Assembly: GCA_012295275.1 (NCBI GenBank) | Contig: CM022674.1 | Location: forward strand, 3,844,001-3,908,000 | DNA length: 64,000 nucleotides | Direction: 5' to 3' | DNA from: Chrysomallon squamiferum | Lineage: Eukaryota; Animalia; Mollusca | Part shown: positions 1 through 14,737 of the stretch, piece by piece | Layout: each line of letters begins with the position of its first letter | How positions within the stretch are numbered: position 1 is the stretch's first letter | The notes under the pieces: generated by a model | Database searches by the model: none | The model's input: the letters and a program-made list of their open reading frames with translations, nothing else | What the model was told of the DNA's origin: nothing | Position numbers and translations under genes: made by a program

Positions 1-224
1 TTAACTTAAAACACTGACTTAATATACACCATATAATCACACCTATATATTATTTACCTATATGTGACAGACACATGCATATACACTTTAAATCCACAGC
101 CTCAAGCTATATATTCATGATAAATTAGCCAGGTGTGTTGTAGATTGTGTACTTTTAACACCTGTAGTATTTTTACGTGTATTCTTGTAACACAAGAAAA
201 ATTCAAACAGTTTAGTTATTATGT

Positions 225-298
<74 letters not shown>

Positions 299-1204
299 CA
301 AAACAAGTAAACCAAACAAAAATAAAAATAAAAGATTTAAATTTATATATTTGTATATAAAACCAAAAATAAAATATTCTCCATCCTCAAATTATAATAA
401 TCATAATAATAATCATAATAATAATAATATAATCATTTAAAAAATAAAAAAAATAAATAAAAGTGCAACTGTTTCATCATCTTAATCAATATTTTATTAT
501 AACTCACAAAGATTCTATGAACTTGTATTCTTGTATTAAAACCATCTTTTGAAAGTAATACTTCAAGTTAAAACACACACACACACACACGGACACACAT
601 ACACAAACACATCCCTCAATAATAGCAAGAAGAGGTATTAGCGGCAACAACGAAAATAAAACATTTTTGTTAGCTTGTCCCAAACCACAGAAATGTACTC
701 AGTCTGTTTTACGTCAAGCCAAAGCAATGAATAGACTGAGAAGAATTGTACAAAAGATTTTTGTGTACGGTAATAAAAGATTAAAAAATGTCGGTCAATG
801 CACATTCAAAATGGAGACTTTGTTGGAGGATTACATGCGTCCTTTGACCTCAAAAAAGGTCATAGTGTGTTAATCTTTTTTTATTCCTTTTTTTTATGTA
901 AAATACCTGTGTACAGTCTAAAAATATTTATAAACATAGACTTGCCAGAAGATTGATTAGATGAAGACGAATTTATTGAATGGGCCTTGAAATAATTACG
1001 TGACTGTGTACACAATGTTTCTTTTTTCCTTCTTTTTCTCAGTTATTTATTTTGTTTATTTATTTATTTATTTATTTTATTATTTATTTATTTTATTATT
1101 TATAAAAGTTAAACACCAGTCAAAATGTGTGTACACTTAAAATAGTTCCAGTACTGATTTGCATGAATGCTATTAAATGTGCTTCCAAATGTCTGAAATG
1201 TGTG

Positions 1205-1303
<99 letters not shown>

Positions 1304-2074
1304 AAAAATAAATAAAAGAGAAAAAAAAAAAAAAAAAATAAACAAATCACGTAAAATTTCAAGGCCCAGAATAAACAACTTAAAGAAGACTTGTGTACAG
1401 TCCAAAAATTTATTTCTGATATAGACTTGCATGAAGGCAATTTCTCCAAAGTGGGCCAGGAAATAATTTATCTTGTGTGCATTTTTTTCTTTTAAAAAAT
1501 AATTTTATTGTAGACGTGGGTAAAGTCTAAATTTATTTATAGTGTAGACTTGCATGTAGGCAGTTTTGCTGAAGATGAAAAACAAAAATAATCCAAAAGA
1601 AAGAAATAAGGTGACAACAAATGTTATGCACTTTCCTAAAAAAAAACCAGTAACCGCAAAAAAAAAAAAAAAAAAAAAAAAAAAATAAAATAAACACCCA
1701 CACAAAAAGAACAAAACAAAAAACAACAAAAAAAAAACGGACAAAAATAATTTAAAAAACCCAACAAAAAACAACAACAAAAAGAAAAAAGTGGGCAATA
1801 GCTAAGAAAATTGGTTTAAAAAAAAAAAAAAAAAAAATAAAATGAAATAAAAAATAAAAAAAATAATATAAAATAAAATAAAATAATATAATATAATATA
1901 ATATAATTAAAAAAAATAAAAAAAAAAAAAAAAAAAAAATTAAAATAAAAAAAAATAAAATAAAAATAAAAATACTAACAAACTCACTGCCCTGAAATTT
2001 ACTAACAGATTTAAAAAAATATATATATATATATTTATTTATTTAATTTTTAATTTCTATATTTTTTTTTACAG

Positions 2075-2262
2075 AGTCCAGATCCTGACGGTTGTGATGA
2101 AAAACGAATTAAAAACGACTGTACCCCATCATCGGCCGATGTGTCGTGGCGGGACTTGCCCCTCATCTCCATGTCCGCGTTCAGACCTTGGTCCCCCAGC
2201 GTCATCAGTGCTATCAAAGAAGGAAAACTGCTGCCTCCCCCCTCTGCCATTGTCAGAGATGG
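2075..2262 (+). CDS. SKI: Ski/SnoN family transcriptional co-repressor, internal exon (5' exons lie outside the window)
   Basis: tttacag acceptor and GG|gtatgt donor. Encodes SPDPDGCDEKRIK...MSAFRPWSPSVISAIKEGKLLPPPSAIVRDG; SAFRPWSP matches the vertebrate c-Ski motif. Confidence 0.9.
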
Positions 2263-4298
2263 GTATGTATTATTTTTGTTAAGAATATAAAAAGAAAAAA
2301 ATCACCCGTGCATGCATCGTTTGAGCTTTTTCCGAAATTAAGCAGTGTCTGTTCCTAAACCATTAAAAGCCTGACCCCAGAATCTCACATGCATAGGTCT
2401 AGAGTTTGTTCAAGTATTAAGTTTGTCTCTTAAACCTTTAAAGTTCTTTACCAGTATCTGGTATATTTGACATGTTAGATAAATTCAGTATCATACCATC
2501 TAGAAGACCATATACTATTCTGTATTTAGCCAAGTATTATATATATATATATTTTTTTTTGTTATTACACACTCACACACACACACATACAAACACACCT
2601 AACTCACATTACAGAAGAGCTGTTTTTAACTAAATCCAGTAACATACTGCTTAACATATTTTATTTTATTTTATTTATTTTATGTATTTTACATCACATC
2701 ACATGAAGATTACATTTCAGAATAAAATTAGTACTTTATCATCATCATTTTTTTTTCTTCTTTGTTTTATGGTAAGTCCAGATAATCATTAAATTCTGCA
2801 TACAGCATATTACATAACAACACATTATCATGTTTTGGAACATAATTTTTATTTTATCTTATTTAATTTTTTTTTAAATATATTTTATAGGTATAAAAAA
2901 AATCAGAATACATCACATCATATAAGATGCATTATCGTTTTTCAGTACAGAATTTATGCTTTTTTTCTTTGTTATCAGAACAAAAACATAAATTGTGCCC
3001 AACACCATAGAATAGCATTTAACATTTCATTCTGAAACAAATCACATTAATTTTGTGCCTATCCATGACATAATCCATTATTTCACAGCATTAATTTCAA
3101 ACACCATTTTCTTATTTCGACAGAATGCATACTCATCATTTTCTGAATCTGTTTAAGCTAAGTAATATTTTACAGAAAAAAAAAACCCACAAAAAAAAAA
3201 AACATTTATGCATAATACATGCGCATATATTTGCTAGGCAGTGATAAAAACCAAATCACAATGATGACATTTTTATAACAAACCATGAAACAAAATATCT
3301 TTTTAATCTGTTTTAAATGTAAATGTACTTTGATGTGTTTTTAATATATCTTTGAAAATAAAGACATTTAAATGAGCTTAGGTGTAACATCAGAGCAGTG
3401 AAGCAGTTTAATTGCACATCAAAACTAACTTAACAAGATTGTGTAGCAACATTGCACCTGAAAACACACACACAGTACACACACACAAACACACAAACGA
3501 ACACACACATGGATGGTCATTGGCACATGTCATAAAACAGCACGACAGTCAGAAAAAAAAAATTAAACTCGGTATATTTTAATATTTATACATACTTAAA
3601 TACATGTATACGATTTACACACACACGCACAAACACACACACATTACATACACACAACATCACCACTCAGTTATGATTGCGTACAACACTTTCTCATTTT
3701 ACAACACAAATTACAACTGTCTACAACAACATTGAGATTCTTCACAATATTACAGTCAATATTTGTTCCAGTCGGATATTTTACATGGACAAATCTGTTG
3801 TATGTTATTGACCTATGTAAAGATTCTTTCACTCTTTTATAAAAACTAGTTCATTCTGGCATAAAAAAAAAAAATTTAAAATATTTTCTCTCTTCTGTAT
3901 CAAACACCTACCAGTGCTATATTCAGCATATGCAACGTGATACACTGTCTGATACAAGGTTTACTTTACAGTATCTATTCACTATTGATTACAAGCCTAA
4001 GGTGACAGACTTGAATTTTCAGACAGATAAACAGACTGCAGCGTTGGTCCTATGTGACATTTAAAACTGTGTAGAGTTGATGACACCAGACATAACCAAC
4101 CATACATCATCCATGATATATTACCTTGCGGTATGAAGAAGATAAGTTAATGTTCATGCTAGGTTTTCATTGATAACAAGAAAATCCCCCCAAAACACTT
4201 CGCATACACACACACAGTGTGTTAATTACTGTGGATATATTCACAGGTGTATATATATATATTGTGTTTATTCAGGCGTGGAAAGGTTACAGGAATGA

Positions 4299-4345
<47 letters not shown>

Positions 4346-4744
4346 TGTGCATGTGTGTGTTTGCGTTTGCGTGCGTGCGTTCAGGTGGAATCAAAAGATA
4401 CTGATTATATTCTTCTGTAGAAGTATACATATTATACATGCACCACACACACACATGTTATTAGACATAGATAAAAAAAAAATAGAATACTGAAACATGA
4501 CCTAATTCTAAAGATAATTTATTATTTAAACCAATGATTTCCCCCTTAAAAAAAAAAGTAACTTAAATTTAGTAACTGTAACACAAGGAAAGACTCAAAA
4601 CTGTGCTTCGTAATTACAAATAATTTTAAGATTGAGTTAATTACTATCTCTCTAAAACAAACATTTATATTTCCAATAAAAAAATTAAGTCTTACAATGT
4701 CTCATATCGTTCTTATTATTTAATTTTTTAAATTTTTATTTCAG

Positions 4745-4834
4745 GGTTGCTGGCATTCTTCCATCCTATCTACATAAAGGACCACCAGTTCTACTGAATC
4801 CTGAACGAGTAGTTCCTTACTCAGAATCAGAAAG
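4745..4834 (+). CDS. SKI: Ski/SnoN exon
   Basis: tttcag acceptor, AG|gtaaaa donor, 90 nt, phase 2-2. Encodes VAGILPSYLHKGPPVLLNPERVVPYSESER. Confidence 0.88.
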
Positions 4835-5274
4835 GTAAAAACATAATTTAAAGTGTACACAGTATAGAAAAAAAGTATTACGACAGTTTTTAGTTAAAAA
4901 AATAAACAACAAAAAATAATTAAAAATGTCAGATGTAATGAGTGTTAAATGTTTTTATTTAATCCTTAGTACTGTATAAAAACAACTACTTCTGCTACTA
5001 CTACTACTACTTCTACAACTACTATGTCTGCTACTACTAATACTAATAATAACAATGACAGAAGTAGTAATAATAGTAGCAGCAGCAAGAACAACAGCAG
5101 AAGCCACTGCAGCAATAGGTATATATAAAATATATAAAAAGCATCAACATCAGCAACAACAACAACAACATTAGTATGAATAATTATAATTATCATAATA
5201 ATAACAATAAATCCGAAAAAATAAAAAAATAAAAATAATAATAATAATCATTTTTCTAAATTTCACATTTCTAG

Positions 5275-5510
5275 ATACGAGAGACATTTTACACCCAACG
5301 TATCTCTCGCTCCACCTGAACACAAAAAAGAAGACAAATCGGACGACGATGACGACGATGTCCCAGCAACTAATGGACAGTCCTCGTTGGAGAAGCTGGC
5401 CGAGGTGGCAGAAATGAGGATGTCGCCGCGAAACGTCAAAGAGTACAGAGAGTACGATTTGCCCACTGACACTGACGACTCTTCATTTTGCCAGTCGTCA
5501 CCTTCAGACG
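5275..5510 (+). CDS. SKI: Ski/SnoN exon
   Basis: ttctag acceptor, G|gtaacg donor. YERHFTPNVSLAPPEHKK resembles c-Ski FETAVAPNVALAPP. Confidence 0.9.
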
Positions 5511-5570
5511 GTAACGCCACTGTTATCAAAACTAAATTCTTAGAGTGACTGTAACTTGAAAATTATCTCC

Positions 5571-5785
5571 ATGTGTGTTTGTGTTGGTTAAAAAAAATCA
5601 TTTAGTGTGAAAATGGCTCAAATATGTGTATGTTTATGTTGGTTAAAAAAATCATTTAGTGTGAAAATGGCTTAAATCTGTGTGTTTATGTTGGTTAAGA
5701 AAAATCGTTTAGTGTGAAAATGGCTTAAATATGTGTGTTTATGTTGGTTAAAAAGAATCATTTAGTGTGAAAATGGCTTAAATAT
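5571..5785. repeat. About 50 bp minisatellite, 4 copies, in a Ski intron
   Basis: Unit tgtgtttatgttggttaaaaaaatcatttagtgtgaaaatggcttaaata. Confidence 0.9.
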
Positions 5786-5960
5786 TTTAAAAATATTTTT
5801 GTCAGATTATGTATATTAATAGTTAACTTATAAAAAATAAATGTGTTGCAAGTACTTTTTATATTTGTTATGTATGCTAAGAATTAGTTTATGAAAAAAA
5901 AATCATTTAAGATATAGATATATGTGATGCAAGTACTTTATATATCTATATATACCTGTA

Positions 5961-6004
<44 letters not shown>

Positions 6005-6162
6005 GGTAGATAAATATAGGTACATAAAGTACTTGCATCTTATCTTGCCTTTGAAAAATCTAGAGGTTTTTTTTAAGGGGGCTTATTTTATTAACTTTTT
6101 TTAAAATCTGTATTTAACATTAACTTTAATTTATCTTCTTCTTTTTTTTCTCTTCTATTCAG

Positions 6163-6365
6163 CTGATGATGCTAGATTAGCTGAATCACCATTTCCCGAA
6201 AGCTCGCTTGAACTAGAGCTTCTGATGATTCGAAGAGCTCTCGATGGCAAAGTCCCCAACACAAAAGAAGCAAAGGAAAATTTTCTACATGAATTTTCTA
6301 AACAGAGAACTCGACAAGAGGAACTGCTAAATTCCTTGATACAGACCAGACTGTCTTTGAAAAAA
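6163..6365 (+). CDS. SKI: Ski/SnoN exon, start of C-terminal coiled coil
   Basis: attcag acceptor, gtaggt donor. LELELLMIRRALDGKVPNTKEAKENFLHEFSKQRTRQEE aligns with c-Ski [38 protein letters not shown]. Confidence 0.93.
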
Positions 6366-6506
6366 GTAGGTCGACCATTTTAAATCGTTATTAGTTTTTT
6401 CTTCATAAATAGTCTTTGTGTTTGTTATTCAATGTACGTGAAATAAAATGGCATACTTAAGCACTTATATGTGTACATACACAACAGAAGAAAATAGTAT
6501 ATCATC

Positions 6507-6538
<32 letters not shown>

Positions 6539-6629
6539 AGGCATGCACACACAAAACTATTTCTATTTCTACATAACTGTTATTATTGTTGTTGTTGTTA
6601 TTATTGTTAAAATCATCATTATCATTAAC

Positions 6630-6885
6630 AATATAATAACGATTACAACTGTTATTGTTAACATTATTATTATCAACATTATTTTTATTATTAAAATATT
6701 GTCAAAATCATCATTGTCATTACATTATTATAACGATTACAACTGTTATTGTTAAAATTATTATCAACGTTATTTTTATTATTAAAATATTGTCAAAATC
6801 ATCATTGTCATTACATTATCATAACGATTACAACTGTTACTGTTAACATTATTATTATCATCGTTATTTTTATTATTAAAATTAT
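6630..6885. repeat. About 90-95 bp tandem repeat, about 3 copies
   Basis: ataacgattacaactgtta...aaaatattgtcaaaatcatcattgtcattacattat recurs. Confidence 0.8.
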
Positions 6886-6902
6886 TTCTCTGTTGTGTTT
6901 AG

Positions 6903-7013
6903 GAGCTGACATCACAGAGAACAAAACACAGAGAACAGTGTCAGGCATTGCAAAAAGATTTGGAAAGATTACGTCTTGAAAACGAACAGTTACGAAGACG
7001 AGAAGAAATTGAG
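6903..7013 (+). CDS. SKI: Ski/SnoN exon, coiled coil
   Basis: tttag acceptor, GAG|gtaatt donor, phase 0-0. Encodes ELTSQRTKHREQCQALQKDLERLRLENEQLRRREEIE. Confidence 0.9.
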
Positions 7014-7710
7014 GTAATTTTTGATTTATTGTTTTGTTGTTGTTGTTGTTGTTGTTGTGTTGTTGTAATTCTTATCATTATCATCATCATCATCATTATT
7101 ATAATAATTTTTTTGCGATTTGTCTTGGGTGTGTGTGTGTGCGTGTCTGTGTCTGTGTGTGTGATTGAATGTGTGTGTTCATCTGTATATATATATATAT
7201 ATATGTCTGATTTAGCATGTCTGTGTATGTCTCAATGTGTGTTTGTGCATTTCTGTGAATGTCCATTTGAGTATATGTGTCTGTGTGTGTGTTTGTGCAT
7301 GTGTTTGTGAATGTTTGTGTGTGTGTGTGTTTGTGTGTGTGTCTGTGTTCATTTCATTCTGTTCTTAATTCAATTTCACCCTGCTGTTTTCTTCCTTTAA
7401 TCACATTTGAACCGACAAAATAACTTGAAAAGTTCAGTGCAAAAATTTCTGGCATGCCAAAGTTGGAGTAATTCAATTAGCAAAATACCACGCAGTGCAG
7501 GTGCAGGAATGTAATGTTATTTAATTTAGTAGCTCGGATAGAAAATAATTTAAAAAAAGAACAAAATTATAATTGAATTATGTCAAGAATTCCAGTTTTA
7601 TTAGAACTAGAATACTTCATGAGGGTGATAATAATACTAATAATGTTAATAATGCTATTAATACTACTGCTAATAATAGTAATAATAATAATGATCATAC
7701 TAGTAATAAT

Positions 7711-7765
<55 letters not shown>

Positions 7766-8642
7766 GCAATAGTAATAATAATAATAATAATAATAATAGC
7801 AATAGTAATTTTACATAACTATATGTCTATATCTATATCTGTATCTATATATATATATATATCAACCCACCCATCCACATACCCTCTCCAGTCACACATT
7901 TTGAAGCAACCTGTTGCCAGGGGAAACTGAATTGGAAATGTCAGACCTTTCTCATACACCATTCCAACTGGCCTGCTTCCAAGACTTCCACTACCACATT
8001 CCGAAGATGTAATTTAACTTACTGGGGAAAGTCTGAGGGAGGGTGAAGGTGAAGGGGGGGGCAATGAATATGCTGAGGAATTGAGATAAATAATATATTT
8101 GTGGAAGTTGTTGCACATGTTAGTATTGTGCTGTATGGTGCCAAACAAAATGCAGCAGTCTTCGGTTAATGCACTTGCCAAATGGAAAAAATGGAAAAAA
8201 AAAAAAAAAAATAAATAAATAAAAAGAAAATGAAAGAAGAAGAAAAACAGATGGAATTAAAAAAAAAAAAAGAAAGAAAAGAAAACTGTAATTATGGTTT
8301 GCGTTTCTTACTATAGAGAAAAGCAGATTGAATACAGTTTGGGTTTTTTTAAAAAAGAATTTGAAATGTTTTTTTTTTGGTTGGGTTTTTTTATCTGTTA
8401 AACAGTTTCATTCTGAGTTTTTCGTTGTTTATGTAATGTTTAAAGTAAAGATTCAGCCTGAATACAGACATCCGGTCCCAAGCTAGCTGGGTTAAAAAAG
8501 GTCATACCCCCCCATACACACACACACACACACATGCACACTCATACATATACATCACACATGCAGATATGAGCATACAGCAACCGAGAGACATAAAACT
8601 TCCAAAGTGACAAATACAAAAACATAATTACAAAGAGGGAGG

Positions 8643-8734
<92 letters not shown>

Positions 8735-9553
8735 TGGTGGTGCAGGTGGAAACACAGAGGTTAACAGTCAACAACAACAGTTCATAAACAAGTTTAATAA
8801 TATACTATAACTAAATGGAAATAAACTAGACTATATAACTTTATTTTTAACCATTCCTTAAATAATAATTTTAGTCATCTGACTACAAACACTAAGTAAC
8901 ATTCCTGTGTTGAGCCCAGGTTTTATTACTGAAGCTTATAGATTTCATAATTTACTAATAATTATTCAGTTATTTAAATTGATAAGCACCCCCCCACCAC
9001 CACCACCACCACTATACACTGTATATTTTGACACTGAAACTTACTGAAAATATCAAACAGTTAATCCCCTAAAAAAAAAATTAAAATTTTTTAAAAATGG
9101 ATTTCAGAACCAAAGTCTGATCAAACTAAATTGTTTATCATCTTTGTTCAGACAAACTGCATTTCTGTCTGAATCTGTTATTTAATTTACAAATCATTAA
9201 CTGAATAAAGTCCTGTTTAAACTGTGAAGCCAAAGTTCAGTGAATTCTGCTGCACTAGGTCAACATCCTTAAAACAGTGTTAATTACAAGAGAAACTAGC
9301 TGTACATAGTTAGTTCAACACAGGTTGTTATATATATGTCTATATATATAGACATATATATATATATCTATATATATATAATTTTATATCTGTATATATA
9401 TATATATATATATGTATATAACACAGGTATAATAAATAATAAAAACTGGAAAGTGTGTATATAGGTTTTTGTTATTTATTAATTAATTTTATTTCTTGTT
9501 ATATATTTACTTTTTTCTTTCTTTATTTTGATTATTTATACTCTCTCTCTCTG

Positions 9554-9587
<34 letters not shown>

Positions 9588-10392
9588 AATGTATATTTTG
9601 AGTATGTGTGAGGCCATATTTGGCAACATTATAAAAATGTCTTATTGTCTTAAAACCTCTTTGCTGACATTGTTTTCGATGTTTTTTGATTATTATTATT
9701 TCTCAAAAACTTTGTGCTTTTTCATCCTAGCTCACATAATGATTAATTAATGTGACTATTATGACATAAATAAAAAAAAAAAATTCACAATAGGAAATTA
9801 AATAGTAATAAAAACACATAAAGAAAGAATGACTATTAAATTAATCATAAGAAAAGACAAAACACAAATGGTAACAATAAACAGAAAAGAAAAGAAAAAA
9901 AAATAAAATAAAAAAAGAGGAAAATTTTAACTTACTCTTCTACCCACAAAATATAGGAAAATAAAACAATGTGTAACTACAGTCCATTGTGATGAGTCAT
10001 TGTATGACATCATATAATGATGTCATTATAATTGTATTGGTGGTGATTATTTTGCATGTATCTATGGTCCTTAGAGATGCCTTGTATTATATATATTTAA
10101 TATTATTTTATCTGCCTGGTGTTTCAAGATTCGGTTTATTTTCTCAAACATCTTGCAGCTGTTATCTGCATATAACAGATAAACTGCATTATGTTGCAGA
10201 ACTGTTATTTCAGCATATTCTGTTTAGAGAATTATGGATTTGGAAGTTGAATAACCTCAGAAATGGATTTGTTATGAAAACAGAATTTTTTTTTTTTATC
10301 TTATTTCTTTATATACATATATCTATCTCTGTATCTATATTACATATATATATATATATATAAATGCACACATATATTTATATCTGTATCTA

Positions 10393-10429
<37 letters not shown>

Positions 10430-12234
10430 GTATCTATATTATATATATATATAAATATTAAGTGCTGTTGTGTGTACATCAAACTCATCAAATTTATTCA
10501 CTCGACTACTTCTGCTGTCTTTACCCACCCACCCAGTCAGCCACGAAGTCGGGGCATGTTGCTGTTCAACTTCACTGAAGTGTCCATTACATAACGGCCC
10601 ATGTCCAGACCACACAGAGTGACCATCCCTGCCAGGCCAGGAGTCCAAAAGGTCAAAGCAATAAAGATTAGCGGCATGTCACGGTGGATATTTAGCAAAA
10701 TTAGCCCTAGCGTGTTATTGCTTTGTTATGGGCCTAATGGCTGTTCTGGGCTCTTAGCTTTTACAACATCATTCACTCCGGAATGGGACACATCTGTTAA
10801 ATAATGATGTGACTTTTCTGTTCCATGTTGCCTCTCCCCCCTCTCTCCCCAACACCCCACCCTGCCTTTCATACCCCTTGCCCTTCCTCAAGTTTCACCT
10901 ACCCAGTCTGTTAGGACTTTGTTGGGTTTTTTTGGCCTTAACAAGGTAATTTTTTTATTGTTTTGTTGTTTTGTTCTTTAAAATATAAATAAATAAAAAA
11001 AGAATAAAAAAAAAAAATACGATATGATCAGCTTATATGAGTGATGAATTTACATAATTATTGCTATTATTATTTCGTTACAGGTATGACTTTTATGTAA
11101 ATATAAATATTGTCATGATTGTTATACTGTCATTGTTGATATTATTTCTGTCACTGCTAACTTCTACCACTACTGCTACTTCTACTGCTATTACTACTGC
11201 AGCTACTATTACTACTTCTTCTGATACTGCTGCCACTACTGTTGCTAATACCACTACTTCTACTGCTACTACTACAACAATTATTACTACTACTATTATT
11301 ACAGGTTAAGGGTCCCTTTTCCAGTATTCCAAAATCAAATTTTTTTTAATATCCAAACCTTTTGCCAAGAAGCAGAAATTGTGATATCTTAATTTTCTGA
11401 TTTTATTTTTTTTTTGTACATGCAGACTTTATTTTATGCACAGAATTAAAAACTGAAAATTAAAAAAAACAAAAGTTTGCAGACTGTTATATATGAATTC
11501 ATCTTTTTAGATTTAGATCCTATACTTGAGCTATCTTCTTAAATTCTAAAATCCTAAAATTCATTGGCATTTTTTCAGCCTGTATTATTGATACTACTTC
11601 TACTACTACTACTACTACTTCTATTACTACTACTACCTCTACTACTTCTACTTCTACTACTACTACTACTACTGTTAATTTATCATTATTACTGTTACTA
11701 CATTATTTATTTAATTCTCTTGTTACTTGTACTACTACTAGTATCATTGCTGTTACTACTACTACTACTTGCATTACTACATTTACACCAACTACTGCAA
11801 CACCATTACAACACCATTACAACTTACATAAATGCCACATAACCATTATTTTTTTCTTACGTCGATGCAGTTAAATTTGCAGCTAATTATTTCAAATAGC
11901 TTTAAAACCAGACCACTTTATAGTTTCATGCTAGCAAAGACAGATAATAATGAAATGACAGACAGACAGACAAACAAACAGACATATTATGTTTATACTA
12001 TCTGGCTAGACATGTATAAATACAGATAGACAGAAATGCTGTTTTTATCAATGTTGACACAGGTAGATAAATATCTGTCTAGACATTCTTACAGACAGAC
12101 AGACAGACAGACGGTCAGTCTGATAAACTTCATTTAATCATGTTTTGGGTATTGCTCATATTGTACAGACCAGGAAAATGTGATTCAGAGCTTTGAGTTA
12201 TGTGTGTATGTGTTGTGTGTGTGTGTATGTTTGT

Positions 12235-12277
<43 letters not shown>

Positions 12278-12334
12278 TTTTTTATATTTTTAATTTTTAA
12301 TTTTATTTTTTAATTGTTTTAAATTTTATTATTA

Positions 12335-12630
12335 ATTTTTCATTTACTGTTTTAACAAATTTTATTATAACCAGATAACTGGGGTTTTTTATATTTATTA
12401 ATTTATTTATTTAGTTATTTATATATTTATAATTAAAATTTTAATAATTTTTCATTTACTGTTTCAACAAATTTTTGTTATAACCACATAACTTTATTTA
12501 TTTATTTATTTAAATATTTTTTATATTTATTAATTTATTAATTTAGTTATTTATATTTTAAATTTTTTTAAATCTTATTAATTTTTTCATTTACGGTTTC
12601 AACAAATTTTTGTTAAAACCACATAACTTT
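12335..12630. repeat. Degenerate repeat of about 120 bp, 3 copies
   Basis: tttttcatttactgtttcaacaaatttttgttataaccacataact recurs three times. Confidence 0.75.
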
Positions 12631-12696
12631 ATTTATTAATTAATTAATTTATTTATTTATTTACTCATTTACTCATTTATTTATTTATTTACTCAT

Positions 12697-12731
<35 letters not shown>

Positions 12732-12778
12732 CCTATTTATTTATTTATTTATTCATTTATTTATTTATTTATTTTCAG

Positions 12779-13378
12779 ATAGGAAAGAGCAGGGAACTGC
12801 AGACACACTTACAACATATGGAGCGAGTCTGCCAGGAGATTTCGCATGAAAACGCGGCTCTTCGCAGAGAACTGCAGACTGGTGGTTCAAATCTCGCAGA
12901 GCTCGTGAAAAACCGTCAACAGATCTGCAATGGAAACTCTGCCGAGTGTAAATCACAGTGTCGGTCTCCGCATAACAAAAACACGGCCGACGAGACGAAA
13001 ACATCATCATCATCGTCATCATCGTCATCATCATCATCATCATCATCAGCAACATCGTCGTCGTGTCGACTGCCTCCGAAGAAATTAACGGAAGAATTCA
13101 AAAATGACTCGTCGGCCGCGTTCCGGCTTCCTCCCAAAAAGCTGAGCGACGAGTTCAAGAACGAATCAGCAGCATCGTCAACATCGTCGTCATCATCGTC
13201 GTCGCCATGCCGACTGCCGCCGAAAAAGCAGAATGACGAGTTCAAGAACGAGTCGACAGCATCGTCAACATCGTCACATTGCCGTCTGCCGCTGAAAAAG
13301 TTGACGGATGAGTTCAAAAGTGAATCATCAGTTTGCAGACTGCCTCCAAAAAAGGAAAGAGAAAAAATTGTGGTGTGA
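12779..13378 (+). CDS. SKI: Ski/SnoN terminal coding exon: coiled coil, Ser tracts and five RLPPKK-type repeats
   Basis: ttttcag acceptor in phase 0, open to TGA at 13376-13378. GC-rich island in AT-rich DNA. Joining to the upstream exons is inferred from phase. Confidence 0.82.
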   Translation: MGKSRELQTHLQHMERVCQEISHENAALRRELQTGGSNLAELVKNRQQICNGNSAECKSQCRSPHNKNTADETKTSSSSSSSSSSSSSSSATSSSCRLPPKKLTEEFKNDSSAAFRLPPKKLSDEFKNESAASSTSSSSSSSPCRLPPKKQNDEFKNESTASSTSSHCRLPLKKLTDEFKSESSVCRLPPKKEREKIVV

Positions 13379-14696
13379 ATATATATATACATATATATAT
13401 ACATATATATGTGTATATATGTATGTATATATATATATATTACACAAACATGTACAATATCATCCTGTTGCACACATACATACATACAGACACACTTATA
13501 TATCTATCTATATATATATATATATATGTAGATATATACATCTATATATATATATATGTATGTATTGTTGAATGGTTTTTGTTTGTTTTCAAGGCTGTGA
13601 TGAAGGAAATTTTTTTTTTTTTTTTTAAATTTGGCCCACCAAGAGAAGTAAGATATGACCACGAATGGTATATATATATATTTTTTATTATTATTATTAT
13701 TAATTTTTTTTATTTTTTTATTTTTTTTTTTATTTAATCCGGTGATAAATGTTGTTTCTGTCTCTTGAAGTGAACTGAACTGTAACTGGTTGAGAATGTT
13801 ACCCAGGCGTGACCACTTGTACCTTTGTTGTACTTTTCGGATGATGTCGGTTTAATATTTCAGTATTCTGAATCTTAAATTTGTTTTTTATTTGAGGTAT
13901 CAGCTCTTGAGGACTTTTCTGTTTTATGTGAATATATCCTTCCATCATAACTTTCTGCTTTCTAATAAATAAAATAATAAATGAGTAAATAATAAATAAG
14001 TAAGTAAGTAAGTAAGTAATTTAAGGAAATGCAAGATATATATAATGAAATATGTATCTTGTTTGTTTAGTTTTCCGAAAGTTTACATACTAAAGCAGAA
14101 TGATTTTTAAAAAAACTTTTTTCTTTTTTTTTTTACCAATGTTCATTAAGGTGTTTTCTAAAAATTAAAATAAAGTATTCTTAATGAGTTATTTTACCTT
14201 TACAGAATTTCAAAACATTATTTTTGTTTTTAGAAACACTGGTATTAAACCTGGAAGTATATAATATATGTGTACAAGTGGGAAACATTTACCTGAAAAA
14301 TACAGAACAAAAGTTTGGTTAGATGGAAAGTGGGAAATATTTTTTCTTCTTTTTGTATCACAGAGTTTATGAAACCCTGAATGTGCCCCCATAATGGATA
14401 CAAGAATTGATATATCACAGGGTATATTATTATTTTATTTTTTACTGAATTGATAAATTTATATATAAACTTGCCATTGGTTGAGAATTGTTTGGTTTAT
14501 CGTGAATATGTAAATACCATAGATATAAAAGTTAATTATCAGTTTAAAAGACAGGTTACGTAATTATTATTATTATGAACATATTGATGTAAATGGTTCA
14601 TAGGTAATAAAAAATATAAAACAATTGGTTTCATGTTTATATTATCATTGGTAGTAACTGTTGGTATCTGTATCATTCTATATCTATATCTGTATC

Positions 14697-14737
<41 letters not shown>

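Noticed and set aside
9331-9360. Perfect short inverted repeat
   Set aside because: Derived from (AT)n sequence; no evidence for a structured RNA.
12077-12112. Palindromic Smad element GTCTAGAC followed by (CAGA)n in a Ski intron
   Set aside because: It sits in a common tetranucleotide microsatellite context and cannot be told from chance.
12916-13485. Long antisense ORFs over real exons (also 29138-29629, 41753-42301, 61473-61835)
   Set aside because: Shadow frames of coding exons or of low-complexity DNA.
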